NCBI GenBank assembly: GCA_963740085.1
Contig: CAVUCU010000001.1
Span: 1,248,001 to 1,312,000 of the forward strand
From: Nitrospirota bacterium
GTDB taxonomy: Bacteria > Nitrospirota > UBA9217
Direction: 5' to 3'
DNA length: 64,000 bases
This document shows, piece by piece, positions 28,688 through 37,709 of this stretch (within the stretch, counting starts at the first letter, position 1; each line of letters begins with the position of its first letter). The translations under genes were made by a program, and so were the position numbers. The notes beneath the pieces are model-generated. The model made no database searches, was not told the DNA's origin, and worked only from the letters and a program-made list of their open reading frames with translations.

Positions 28688-28741
28688 AGGTGAATAGACT
28701 GAACGAAGAAGGGTTTTGTAGATAAACTTCAGCCTTCAGCC
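28688..28741 (+). repeat. Dispersed ~54-bp intergenic element, copy 1
   Basis: Near-identical to the reverse complement of 39594-39645. Confidence 0.7.
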
Positions 28742-28769
28742 CAAACGCCTATAGGGAGCAAGGGCCGCC

Positions 28770-30665
28770 ATGACCAGAGAAGACCTGAACAAAAAAATGG
28801 AAAAGATGCGGGACCTCTACGCTGAGAAGTTCATTACCGAGGATCGCATCTTCAACACGATCCACCCCGGCAACCGTATTTTTATCGGAACAGGGTGCGG
28901 CGAGCCCCAGTATCTCGTGAAAGCCCTCATCAACTATGTCCGGGCAAACCCCAAGGCGTTCTTCGACGCCGAGGTGCTCCAGGTCTGGACACTGGGCGTG
29001 ACGCCCTATTCGGACGCAAAGTTCAAGGACAACTTCCGCACCAACTCTTTTTTCATCGGAAGCAACACCCGCGATGCGGTTAATCAAGGCCTCGCCGACT
29101 ACACGCCGGTGTTCCTGTCCCAGGTCCCGGCTCTGTTCCAGAAAAAACTCGTGCCCGTGGACGTAGCTATCATCCAGACCTCCCTCCCCGACGACCACGG
29201 GTTCATGAGCCTCGGCATCAGCGTGGACATCGTCAAGGCCGCGGCCGAGAACGCCGTCCTCGTTATCGCCCAGGTGAACCCCCGCATGCCGCGTGTGTTG
29301 GGCGATACCTTCATCAACATCAAGGAGGTGGACTTCATTGTCCCGTATGACGAGCCGCTCCTGGAATATGAGGATACGGTGGCCGATGAGATATCCCAGA
29401 AGATCGGAACCTACGTCTCACGCATCGTGGAGGATGGAGATACCCTGCAAGTGGGCTACGGCAGCATCCCGAACGCCATACTCGCTCACCTGAGGAACAA
29501 GAAACACCTGGGTGTGCACACCGAGCTGTTGACCGACGGGATTGTGGATCTCATGAGGCTCCACGTCATTGACAATACGTTCAAGGATCTGAACCGCGGA
29601 AAGACCGTTGCCGCCTTTTGCATGGGCAAACGGGATACCTACGACTTCCTGCACGACAACGCCGCGATCGAGTTTCGACCGGTGAACTATACCAATAATC
29701 CAACGGTCCTTGCACGTCAGAGGAATATGACCGCCATCAACAGCGCGCTCCAAATCGATCTCTCGGGTCAGGCCACCGCCGAGTCCATCGGCAAGCTGTT
29801 CTACAGCGGCATCGGCGGCCAGGCCGATTTCATGCGCGGCGCCGTGCTGTCACAGGGCGGCAAGACCATCCTGGCGATCCAATCCACGGCCGAGAACGAT
29901 GAGGTCTCGCGCATCGTCCCCTTCCTCACCGAGGGCGCGGGCGTGACGCTCTCGCGGGGAGACATCCACTATGTGGTGACCGAATACGGCATCGCTTACC
30001 TCCACGGCAAAAACATCCGCGAACGGGCCATGGACCTGATCTCGATCGCACACCCGAAATTCCGCGGATGGCTTATCGAAGAGGCGAAGGCCCGGAACCT
30101 CATCTATAAGGACCAGGCGTTTATTTCCGGCGTGCAGGGAGAATATCCCGAGTCGCTCGAGGCGTTCAAGACCACGCGCACGGGATTGGACCTTCGGCTC
30201 CGCCCGGTGAAGCTCTCCGATGAGCCTCTGCTGAAGGATTTTTTCTATTCCCTGTCGAATGACTCCATGTACCGGAGGTTCATCTCATCGCGTACCGACA
30301 TGCACCACGAACGGCTCCAGCCATTCGTGGTGATCGACTACACCAAGGAGATGGTGATCCTCGCTGTGGTCCCGCAGGAGCAGAAGGAACTGATCATGGG
30401 CATGGCGCAGTACCTGATCGATGAGAAGTCCCATACCGCCGAAGTGGCGTTTGTGGTGCGTGATGAAGACCAGGACAAGGGCATTGGCGCGGAGCTGCTT
30501 TCCTATGTCACGTATCTGGCAAGGAAGAGCGGCCTCCTCGGCTTCACCGCCGCTGTACTGATGGAGAACCGGCAGATGCTCCAGCTCTTCGAATCAATGG
30601 GGTTCATCATCGAAAAGCGGGCTGAGGGCGGGGTGTACGAACTCAAGATGTCGTTCAGGGATTAA
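28770..30665 (+). CDS. Acetyl-CoA hydrolase/CoA-transferase fused to a C-terminal GNAT domain
   Basis: TLQVGYG, HTELLTDG, SGIGGQADF and VVTEYG motifs; C-terminal AEVAFVVRDEDQDKGIG GNAT motif. Confidence 0.85.
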   Translation: MTREDLNKKMEKMRDLYAEKFITEDRIFNTIHPGNRIFIGTGCGEPQYLVKALINYVRANPKAFFDAEVLQVWTLGVTPYSDAKFKDNFRTNSFFIGSNTRDAVNQGLADYTPVFLSQVPALFQKKLVPVDVAIIQTSLPDDHGFMSLGISVDIVKAAAENAVLVIAQVNPRMPRVLGDTFINIKEVDFIVPYDEPLLEYEDTVADEISQKIGTYVSRIVEDGDTLQVGYGSIPNAILAHLRNKKHLGVHTELLTDGIVDLMRLHVIDNTFKDLNRGKTVAAFCMGKRDTYDFLHDNAAIEFRPVNYTNNPTVLARQRNMTAINSALQIDLSGQATAESIGKLFYSGIGGQADFMRGAVLSQGGKTILAIQSTAENDEVSRIVPFLTEGAGVTLSRGDIHYVVTEYGIAYLHGKNIRERAMDLISIAHPKFRGWLIEEAKARNLIYKDQAFISGVQGEYPESLEAFKTTRTGLDLRLRPVKLSDEPLLKDFFYSLSNDSMYRRFISSRTDMHHERLQPFVVIDYTKEMVILAVVPQEQKELIMGMAQYLIDEKSHTAEVAFVVRDEDQDKGIGAELLSYVTYLARKSGLLGFTAAVLMENRQMLQLFESMGFIIEKRAEGGVYELKMSFRD

Positions 30666-30799
30666 AGAACGCGGACCACCTTGAGCTTGGAGCATTTGGA
30701 TGATTGCTCTGTCCTCTCATCGGCGCAATAACAATGCTGAAAAATTCATTTTATTCGTTTTCGTTTGTAGTGAATGCCTGCCTGTTTGTCCTCACCTTC

Positions 30800-32290
30800 T
30801 CATGAGAACAGTGCCGCCTGGTCCCTGCGGAGCTGGGCAAAGCCTTCTGCCGGAAAATGGAACACATTCTTGAACACCCGGTTCATGACCGCTACAAGCT
30901 GCCGGAACTTGTAGGCATCATGATGGGATTCGCCCGTCTGTTCTGAATCGCGCCAGCTCTCGACATCCGAGATGCGCAACTCCACGCCCAGCGTGTGCTG
31001 CTCGGACTTTTTGCTCACTCCATCGCGGCCATCGTAGAGAGGTGTGCCGGGGATCATTATCTCGTTCGTATTGATGGCCCGGTGGATCGGTACGGAGAAG
31101 CCGATCTTGCATTGGAACTTCCGGTGTCCCTTCGATGTATGGACATTTTTCTCCCCGTTCATGCTCAATGCCTCGAAGAAGGAGACGGCCGAGGAATTTA
31201 CCTTCACCTCGTCGGGCAGCCCGCTGCCCCCTCTGCCTTTAGTCAGGCTGACCATCAACCTCCGCACAGCTTCCTTCATGCTCTTCGGGTCATCGAAGAG
31301 CGTCTGGGTGATCGAGTGTGACGCCGTGTTCTCCTGCAGGATCACGCCGCGTTTCTGGAGCGCATGGAAGAGTTTGAGCGTGTCATTCATGTCCTTCAGG
31401 ATGAACGTGATCGCCAGGATATCCCGAATGTCAAAGGCCTCGCCTTCAATGTCCTTGCCCAGCTTGGTGACCATGCTCTCAGGGCTCTTCAGCCGCGCCT
31501 TTACCTCGGCGATCTCAACCTCCACGCCGTCGCCGCTGTTGAAGATCAGGCAGCCTTTCTCCCCGTCGAAGCTCAGGGACTCACGCAGGCGGTGAAAGAA
31601 CAATGAGATCTTGACAAAGGCCCTCTGCGCCGGCTCAGTATCAGGGATATGGGACGGGTGATCCCATTCAAACTTGTAGAGGTCGTTTAGTCCGACCCCC
31701 TGGGCCTCAAGAAAGAACCCCAACTGGGCGTAATCGTTAATGTCCTGGCTGTCCTCCTCGACCGACTTGATCAGGTGGACCATCTTGAGCAGGCAACAGG
31801 CCGCCTGCTGCCAGGCAAGAGGAACGGCGAGTGACCGCGCCTGGTAACCGGAAAAGACGAACGGATACTTACGGGATGAAGCAAGGAGGAGGAGATGACG
31901 CGGATCATCGTCCACGATGCTCTTGAATAAATGATCCCTCATGATCGCCGCCACCCCGGCGATAACGGTCAGGCAGGTCCGGTAAAGCGTCTCATTGGAA
32001 GAACGAAGCGAAGAGAGCCCTTCAAGCTGGTGGGAGACAAAGGGGAAGAGTCCCTTAAAGTAGTAGTCGTAGGCGAGGCGAATGTACTGAGCCGCCCGTT
32101 CGCGCTCGCTCCTGCTGAGCTCAACGTTGTCCAGCGTATCGAACCCCCGGTTGGCCATCATCCTGGTCGCCTGCCTGAGGGAGGTTGCATAGTCCGAAGC
32201 GGGCTGCAGCAGGAAGGGCGTCATCTCGGTCTGGTCGAGGATCGAGCCGAAGATCTCGTGGTGAAGTTCTTGATCGGTCTGGGTGTCCAT
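30800..32290 (-). CDS. Divergent RelA/SpoT-like nucleotidyltransferase (TIGR04552-like)
   Basis: ARLKSPESMVTKL, DIRDILAITF, SKGHRKFQ, VELRI and HDAYK occur in the order of RSH synthetase motifs. Confidence 0.55.
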   Translation of the reverse strand: MDTQTDQELHHEIFGSILDQTEMTPFLLQPASDYATSLRQATRMMANRGFDTLDNVELSRSERERAAQYIRLAYDYYFKGLFPFVSHQLEGLSSLRSSNETLYRTCLTVIAGVAAIMRDHLFKSIVDDDPRHLLLLASSRKYPFVFSGYQARSLAVPLAWQQAACCLLKMVHLIKSVEEDSQDINDYAQLGFFLEAQGVGLNDLYKFEWDHPSHIPDTEPAQRAFVKISLFFHRLRESLSFDGEKGCLIFNSGDGVEVEIAEVKARLKSPESMVTKLGKDIEGEAFDIRDILAITFILKDMNDTLKLFHALQKRGVILQENTASHSITQTLFDDPKSMKEAVRRLMVSLTKGRGGSGLPDEVKVNSSAVSFFEALSMNGEKNVHTSKGHRKFQCKIGFSVPIHRAINTNEIMIPGTPLYDGRDGVSKKSEQHTLGVELRISDVESWRDSEQTGESHHDAYKFRQLVAVMNRVFKNVFHFPAEGFAQLRRDQAALFS

Positions 32291-32713
32291 GGGCGGTTCT
32301 CACTATGGTCGACGGGTTCTTGTCCGCTTGATGACCTGTATTAAATTATACCGTATTGTGATGGCCGAATAATAGAAGAAAAAGTAATCGTTTCGGTCCG
32401 TTCGGACTGGACGATTTTTTGTGAGCGGAGCAAAATACCGGATAATAGCTCGATAAAGGACCGGAATATAAAATATACGCTTGCCCTATTGGTTTCTCTT
32501 TTTGTTTTTTCTTCTACGGCGGCCTATTGCCGCTTTTGCTCAAAAATGACTTCAACTGATCTCAACTTCAGGATAAGGGCCTTAATTTAATATGCGTCAA
32601 TTCGGTTCCCGGTTCCCCTTCCTTTTTTCGGCCGTGGTATAATCAACCTATCATCTCTTACGGCATTGGAACACAAACTTGATCTTCATTACACTCTGGA
32701 AAGGAGAATTACC

Positions 32714-33262
32714 ATGAAAAAGATATTCCTAACAGCTGGGGTAGCATTGTTTTTGTGTGCCACCGTCGCCGGCGCCGAGGTCTTTACCTTGAAAAGCGAC
32801 CAGATCGGCGGGCAGCTGACCATCAACGAGGTCTACTCGGGATTCGGCTGTACAGGAAAGAACATCTCACCACAGCTCAAGTGGGTGAACGCGCCGAAGA
32901 ACACAAAGAGCTTCGCGCTCACCGTTTATGATCCCGATGCGCCCACCGGAAGCGGCTGGTGGCACTGGGTGGTCTTCAATATCCCCGCAGACGCGATGGG
33001 ACTCGCGACCGACGCCGGGAACCCGCAGAAGAACCTGGCGCCCAAAGGCAGCGTGCAGAGCATGACGGACTACGGCAAGCCGGGCTTTGGCGGCGCCTGC
33101 CCTCCTCAGGGCGACAAGCCGCATCGCTATATCTTCACCGTATTCGCACTCGACGTGCCCAAGCTCGACCTGGATGAAAAAGCCAATGCCGCGCTTGTGG
33201 GGTTCATGCTGAACGCGCATGCCATCGAGAAAGCCTCGTTGATCTCGTATTACGGAAGATAA
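32714..33262 (+). CDS. YbhB/YbcL family PEBP/Raf-kinase-inhibitor-like secreted protein
   Basis: Signal peptide; DPDAPTGSGWWHW and GACPP...HRY motifs. Confidence 0.9.
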   Translation: MKKIFLTAGVALFLCATVAGAEVFTLKSDQIGGQLTINEVYSGFGCTGKNISPQLKWVNAPKNTKSFALTVYDPDAPTGSGWWHWVVFNIPADAMGLATDAGNPQKNLAPKGSVQSMTDYGKPGFGGACPPQGDKPHRYIFTVFALDVPKLDLDEKANAALVGFMLNAHAIEKASLISYYGR

Positions 33263-33402
33263 AAAAATATATCGTCTTTATTCAACGGGACCTCTGGAGG
33301 CGGAGGGCCCATTTTTTGATGAACGGATCGGCTTTGCGCAAAATATATCCTTTAGTATTCGAACATGAGGTCTATCCTTTGCGTTTCAGTTTCGAGGCGT
33401 GA

Positions 33403-33873
33403 ATGAAACTGTCCTGGGTCTCCTTCTATAATATTATTCTTGCCCTCTGGGTCGGCGGGATCGCCCTGTTCACTTTCCTCATCACCCCGGTGATCTTCAG
33501 GACCTACCCGAGGGACCAGGCAGGCGAGATCGTCGGAAGACTTTTTCAGGTCTATTTTCAATACAACCTTGTACTCGCCGCAATGGCCCTCGTCGTGTTC
33601 TTTATCGTCGCGAATGACCGGTCAAAACCTGCGTACCTGCTCTCACTGGTGTGCGTCGTGACCGCACTGCTTATCAACCTGTTCATCGTATTCAAGCTGC
33701 ATCCCGACGCAGTAAGGATAAAACAACAGGTAACCTCTTTCGAGCGCGAATCGCCCGATTCGCCGGCACGGAAACAATTCAGGAGGCTGCACGGGATCAG
33801 CGCAGTCCTGAACCTGGTCCTGCTCGCAGAGGGGGTCGTGCTGCTGATCACGGGGCCGCTGATAAAAAAATGA
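33403..33873 (+). CDS. DUF4149-like membrane protein
   Basis: Four hydrophobic helices; FRRLHGISAVLN. Confidence 0.75.
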   Translation: MKLSWVSFYNIILALWVGGIALFTFLITPVIFRTYPRDQAGEIVGRLFQVYFQYNLVLAAMALVVFFIVANDRSKPAYLLSLVCVVTALLINLFIVFKLHPDAVRIKQQVTSFERESPDSPARKQFRRLHGISAVLNLVLLAEGVVLLITGPLIKK

Positions 33874-33948
33874 TGGCGCGGTGCGGTTGGCCGACACCAC
33901 GCTAAAGCACGATTTGTTTCGCAGTTTTATCAGGTTGTAAAAAATCCC

Positions 33949-33995
33949 TTGACAGAAGTTTTTTTCGTGGTAAGATTAGGACCGATATAGTCCTA
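33949..33995 (+). promoter_or_regulatory. Sigma70 promoter with overlapping palindromic operator
   Basis: TTGACA-N16-TAAGAT with an extended TG, followed by TAGGAC-N7-GTCCTA (33977-33995). Confidence 0.65.
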
Positions 33996-34006
33996 TACTT
34001 TCCGTC

Positions 34007-34189
34007 GCGGAGATAAATCTCTACAACTTGGGACGCAATGTCGATGAACTGCTGCGCAAGCTCAAGGCAAACATTCATCTTGCGGCAAACCCAGTGGAAG
34101 TATGTCCTTCCCAGTGGAAAAAAGAGGGAGACAAGACCCTGAAACCATCAGCTAAGATTGTCGGAAAAATCTACGAGGCGCTGAAATAG
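34007..34189 (+). pseudogene. ahpC: 3' remnant of a peroxiredoxin (AhpC) gene
   Basis: Translates AEINLYNLGRNVDELLRKLKANIHLAANPVEVCPSQWKKEGDKTLKPSAKIVGKIYEALK*; no 5' part, and an in-frame stop at 33977. Confidence 0.75.
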
Positions 34190-34192
34190 TAC

Positions 34193-34594
34193 ATGCTGGT
34201 AACGAGAGAAACAGATTATGCAGTCAGGTGCATCCTCTATCTGGCCCAGGCTGATGACCAGATCGCAAACGTGACTGAAGTGTCCGGGAAGATGCATATC
34301 CCGAAGACCTTTCTTGCCAAGATATTTCAAAGGCTCGCCAAAGCGGGCCTGGTCGTATCGATCCGCGGTATGAACGGAGGGTTTCGGCTTTCGAGAAAAC
34401 CCTCTGAGATCTCCCTCCTCGACATCATGGAGGCGCTCCAGGGACCCTCCTGCATCAATGTCTGCGCAGTGAACAGTAAGAAATGCAAAAGGAGCGCGTT
34501 TTGTACTGTTCACCCGTTCTGGGTTGAGCTGAGAAAGGAAGTGAACAAGCGCATGCAGGAGCAGACAATCGATAAACTGGCTCGTCCGGGATAA
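34193..34594 (+). CDS. Rrf2 family transcriptional regulator with Cys-rich (Fe-S) C-terminus
   Basis: TRETDYAVR, SIRGMNGGFRL and CINVC...C...C motifs. Confidence 0.9.
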   Translation: MLVTRETDYAVRCILYLAQADDQIANVTEVSGKMHIPKTFLAKIFQRLAKAGLVVSIRGMNGGFRLSRKPSEISLLDIMEALQGPSCINVCAVNSKKCKRSAFCTVHPFWVELRKEVNKRMQEQTIDKLARPG

Positions 34595-34618
34595 GACCTG
34601 GTTTTTTTTTCAACAGAT

Positions 34619-34644
34619 CAGGATATATTCAGTCCTATACTTTC
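34619..34644 (+). promoter_or_regulatory. Second copy of the operator, upstream of cydA
   Basis: CAGGAT-N7-GTCCTA-tactttc; shares agtcctatactttc with the site near 33989. Confidence 0.6.
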
Positions 34645-34679
34645 AGTCCGGTCGGATCTCTATCATAAGGAGGAATACC

Positions 34680-36029
34680 ATGGATGTTGTAGATTTAAGC
34701 AGGTTACAATTCGCGCTCACGAGCATGTTCCACTGGATCTTTGTGCCGCTCACGCTGGGACTTTCCCTCGTGACCGCATTCATGGAAACACGCTATGTGC
34801 AAAGCGGCGACGAGATGTACCTCAGGATGGCGAAGTTCTGGGGGAAGTTATTCCTGATAAACTTTGCGCTCGGCATCGTCACCGGCATCACCCTGGAATT
34901 CCAGTTCGGAATGAACTGGGCAGAGTATTCGAAATACGTGGGTGACATTTTCGGAGCCCCCCTCGCCATTGAAGCGACCCTGGCGTTCTTTCTCGAATCG
35001 GTCTTCATCGGAGTGTGGATCTTCGGCTGGAACAAGCTATCGAAGACGGCCCATGCCGTTGCCATCTGGCTGGTTGCGTTCGCGACCAATCTCTCCGCGC
35101 TCTGGATCCTCCTGGCGAATGGCTGGATGCAGCACCCTGTCGGCTATGTCCTTCGCAATAATCGCGCTGAGATGGTCGACTTCGGAGCGATGCTCACCAA
35201 TCCTTATGGCTGGCTCAAGTTCGGCCACACGCTTACCTCAGGATATGTGGTCGCCGCCTTTTTTGTCATGGGCGTGTCGGCCTATCATCTCCTGAAAAAA
35301 AACCAGCCCGAGTTCTTCCGGAGGTCCTTCAGGATCGCGGCGGTCTTCGGGCTGCTATCCACCCTCGCCGTCGCTGTGATCGGCGATTTTCACACGGCAG
35401 AAGTTGCGCAGACGCAGCCCACGAAGTTTGCGGCAATGGAGTCCCTCTGGGAAACGCAGAAAAATGTGGGATTCAATCTCTTCATCATCCCCGACACGGA
35501 GAAAGAATGCAATATCATCGAGGGCCCCTGCGTACCGAATTTGCTCAGTTATCTCGCTTTCCATGCCGCCGATGCCGAGATCAAGGGTCTGAAGGCCTTT
35601 CCCAGGGAAGAGCGTCCGCCCGTTTGGCCCACGTTTCTGAGCTTCCGGATCATGGTCGGTCTCGGTTTTGCCATGCTTCTCATAACGGTCGTGGCGGTCA
35701 TTTACGCGATACGGGGAACCTTGGAACTCCATCCGCTGTTCCTGAAGATCATGCTCTTCTCCATTCCCCTGCCCTACATCGCCGGTCAGCTCGGATGGAT
35801 CGTGGCGGAGGTGGGCAGACAGCCCTGGATCGTCTATGGGGTCCTCAAGACCACCCATGCGGTATCGCAGTCCATCAGCACGCTGCAGGTGTACGCTTCC
35901 CTCATCGGCTTTACCCTGCTCTACGGCGGGCTCGGGGTGGTCGACATCTACCTCTTGTCCAAGTTTTCAAAAAAGGGACCTGACAACGATACCTCAAGCT
36001 TGCTCAAACCGGTAAAGGAGGGGATATAA
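34680..36029 (+). CDS. cydA: Cytochrome bd ubiquinol oxidase subunit I
   Basis: LSRLQFA...FH, EFQFGMNW, QPTKFAAME and EVGRQPW motifs. Confidence 0.95.
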   Translation: MDVVDLSRLQFALTSMFHWIFVPLTLGLSLVTAFMETRYVQSGDEMYLRMAKFWGKLFLINFALGIVTGITLEFQFGMNWAEYSKYVGDIFGAPLAIEATLAFFLESVFIGVWIFGWNKLSKTAHAVAIWLVAFATNLSALWILLANGWMQHPVGYVLRNNRAEMVDFGAMLTNPYGWLKFGHTLTSGYVVAAFFVMGVSAYHLLKKNQPEFFRRSFRIAAVFGLLSTLAVAVIGDFHTAEVAQTQPTKFAAMESLWETQKNVGFNLFIIPDTEKECNIIEGPCVPNLLSYLAFHAADAEIKGLKAFPREERPPVWPTFLSFRIMVGLGFAMLLITVVAVIYAIRGTLELHPLFLKIMLFSIPLPYIAGQLGWIVAEVGRQPWIVYGVLKTTHAVSQSISTLQVYASLIGFTLLYGGLGVVDIYLLSKFSKKGPDNDTSSLLKPVKEGI

Positions 36030-36030
36030 C

Positions 36031-37056
36031 ATGGAATTCCAAGTCACGTGGTTCATACTCTGGGCCGTCCTGTGGGCCGTGTACTTCATGCTCGACGGTT
36101 TCGTGCTCGGTACCGGCATGCTGCATTACTTCCTTACACGGAACGATCAGGAAAAGAAGATCCTGATCAGGACCGTAGGCCCGGTCTGGGACGGAAACGA
36201 GGTCTGGCTCGTAACTGCAGGCGGAGCTACCTTTGCCGCGTTTCCCACGACCTATGCGCTCATGTTCAGTTATCTCTATTCCGCTCTGCTGCTGCTTCTG
36301 TTTTCGCTCATCATCCGCGGGGTGTCAATTGAGTTCCGTGGCAAGATCGAAAAAGCCGGTTGGAAAAAAGCCTGGGACATGGGCATTTTCATCGGCAGCG
36401 CCCTTCCCGCGCTTCTCCTGGGCGTCGCCTTCGGAAACATCTTCAGCGGTCTTCCCATGGATGCGGCAGGGTACCACGGCTCGCTCCTCTCGCTGCTGAA
36501 CCCCTACGGCCTATTAACCGGCGCGCTGTTCGTCCTGATGTTTCTTACCCACGGCAGCCTCTACGTCTCCGTCAAGACCGAGGGAGAGCTCAGCGACAGG
36601 TCGACGATACTGGCTGGAAAGATGTGGTTCGCCGAGCTTGCCGTCGCTGTCCTGTTCCTGATTGCCACGGCCTTTTTTTCGAAACTGTACGACAACTACC
36701 TGAGTATTCCGCTGCTGCTGGTCGTTCCCGTCCTGACGGTGGCGGCTCTGCTCGGTATCAAGGTCTTCCTGGCGAAAGGCCGTCCTCTGATGGCGTTCGC
36801 GTCCTCCTGCCTGACCATCGTCATGGTCGTATTCACCGGCGTGATCGGGCTCTTTCCGAACCTGATCCCATCCAGTATCGACACGGCATACAGCCTCACG
36901 ATCTACAATTCCTCTTCCAGCATATACACCTTGAAGATAATGACAATCGTGGCCCTTGTGTTCGTTCCCATTGTGATCGCCTACAAAATATGGGTGTATC
37001 GCATATTCCGATCGCGCGTAACCGACAACGTATTAAAAAACGAGCAGGCATATTAA
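36031..37056 (+). CDS. cydB: Cytochrome bd ubiquinol oxidase subunit II
   Basis: LDGF, PVWDGNEVWL and RGVSIEFR motifs. Confidence 0.95.
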   Translation: MEFQVTWFILWAVLWAVYFMLDGFVLGTGMLHYFLTRNDQEKKILIRTVGPVWDGNEVWLVTAGGATFAAFPTTYALMFSYLYSALLLLLFSLIIRGVSIEFRGKIEKAGWKKAWDMGIFIGSALPALLLGVAFGNIFSGLPMDAAGYHGSLLSLLNPYGLLTGALFVLMFLTHGSLYVSVKTEGELSDRSTILAGKMWFAELAVAVLFLIATAFFSKLYDNYLSIPLLLVVPVLTVAALLGIKVFLAKGRPLMAFASSCLTIVMVVFTGVIGLFPNLIPSSIDTAYSLTIYNSSSSIYTLKIMTIVALVFVPIVIAYKIWVYRIFRSRVTDNVLKNEQAY

Positions 37057-37080
37057 CACCACTGACATTTTTTTTCGACA

Positions 37081-37113
37081 GTCCGGTAAAGGCAAAGCCG
37101 GCCTTTACCGGAC
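37081..37113 (+). terminator. Stable hairpin downstream of cydB
   Basis: gtccggtaaaggc-aaagccg-gcctttaccggac; no U-tract on the plus strand. Confidence 0.45.
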
Positions 37114-37394
37114 GAACACCGGCTGACCATGGCCCCCTTCTGATGAAAACTGCAGGGAGATCTCCAAATCGGGAACGGAAAGATCATGAGCACCCCTCTC
37201 TCCGCCTCATCACATCCGGGTCCGCATCAAGCGTATTATGGAAATCTTCCTTTGGCTTCACTCGGGCCGCGACCGGTTCGCATGAATGTCTTCACATTCC
37301 TTCAAACGTTCAGTCCTCCTTCCTCCCTCTTAATTTTTTCTTGACTTTTATTGCCGAATCATAGATATTACCAATCTCCAAGTTGGTTGGAACC

Positions 37395-37470
37395 GGGCGG
37401 ATAGCTCAGCTGGGAGAGCACAGCCCTTACAAGGCTGGGGTCACAGGTTCGATCCCTGTTCCGCCCACCA
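37395..37470 (+). tRNA. tRNA-Val(TAC)
   Basis: Cloverleaf; anticodon loop CTTACAA; GGTTCGA T-loop; CCA end. Confidence 0.95.
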
Positions 37471-37543
37471 TGAAAAAAAGTTCGGGGTTATGAGTTAATG
37501 AATTTCCGCCTCAACTGCGAACTCAAAACTCAAAAATCAATCG

Positions 37544-37620
<77 letters not shown>

Positions 37621-37647
37621 TTTTTTTAGAAGACTATCGGAAGACAC

Positions 37648-37680
37648 AAAAAAGCCGGGGCAGGATGCCGCGGCTTTTTT
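37648..37680. terminator. Bidirectional intrinsic terminator
   Basis: aaaaaagccggggc-aggat-gccgcggctttttt. Confidence 0.75.
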
Positions 37681-37709
37681 GTGTCTGAACCGTCACCATG
37701 TGTCTCAGC

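Noticed and set aside
36360-37364. 334-aa ORF overlapping cydB, and other long antisense or alternate-frame ORFs such as 14879-15913 +, 38115-39017 +, 54731-55828 - and 60936-62063 -
   Set aside because: Shadow ORFs of well-supported genes in GC-rich DNA with no recognisable motifs.
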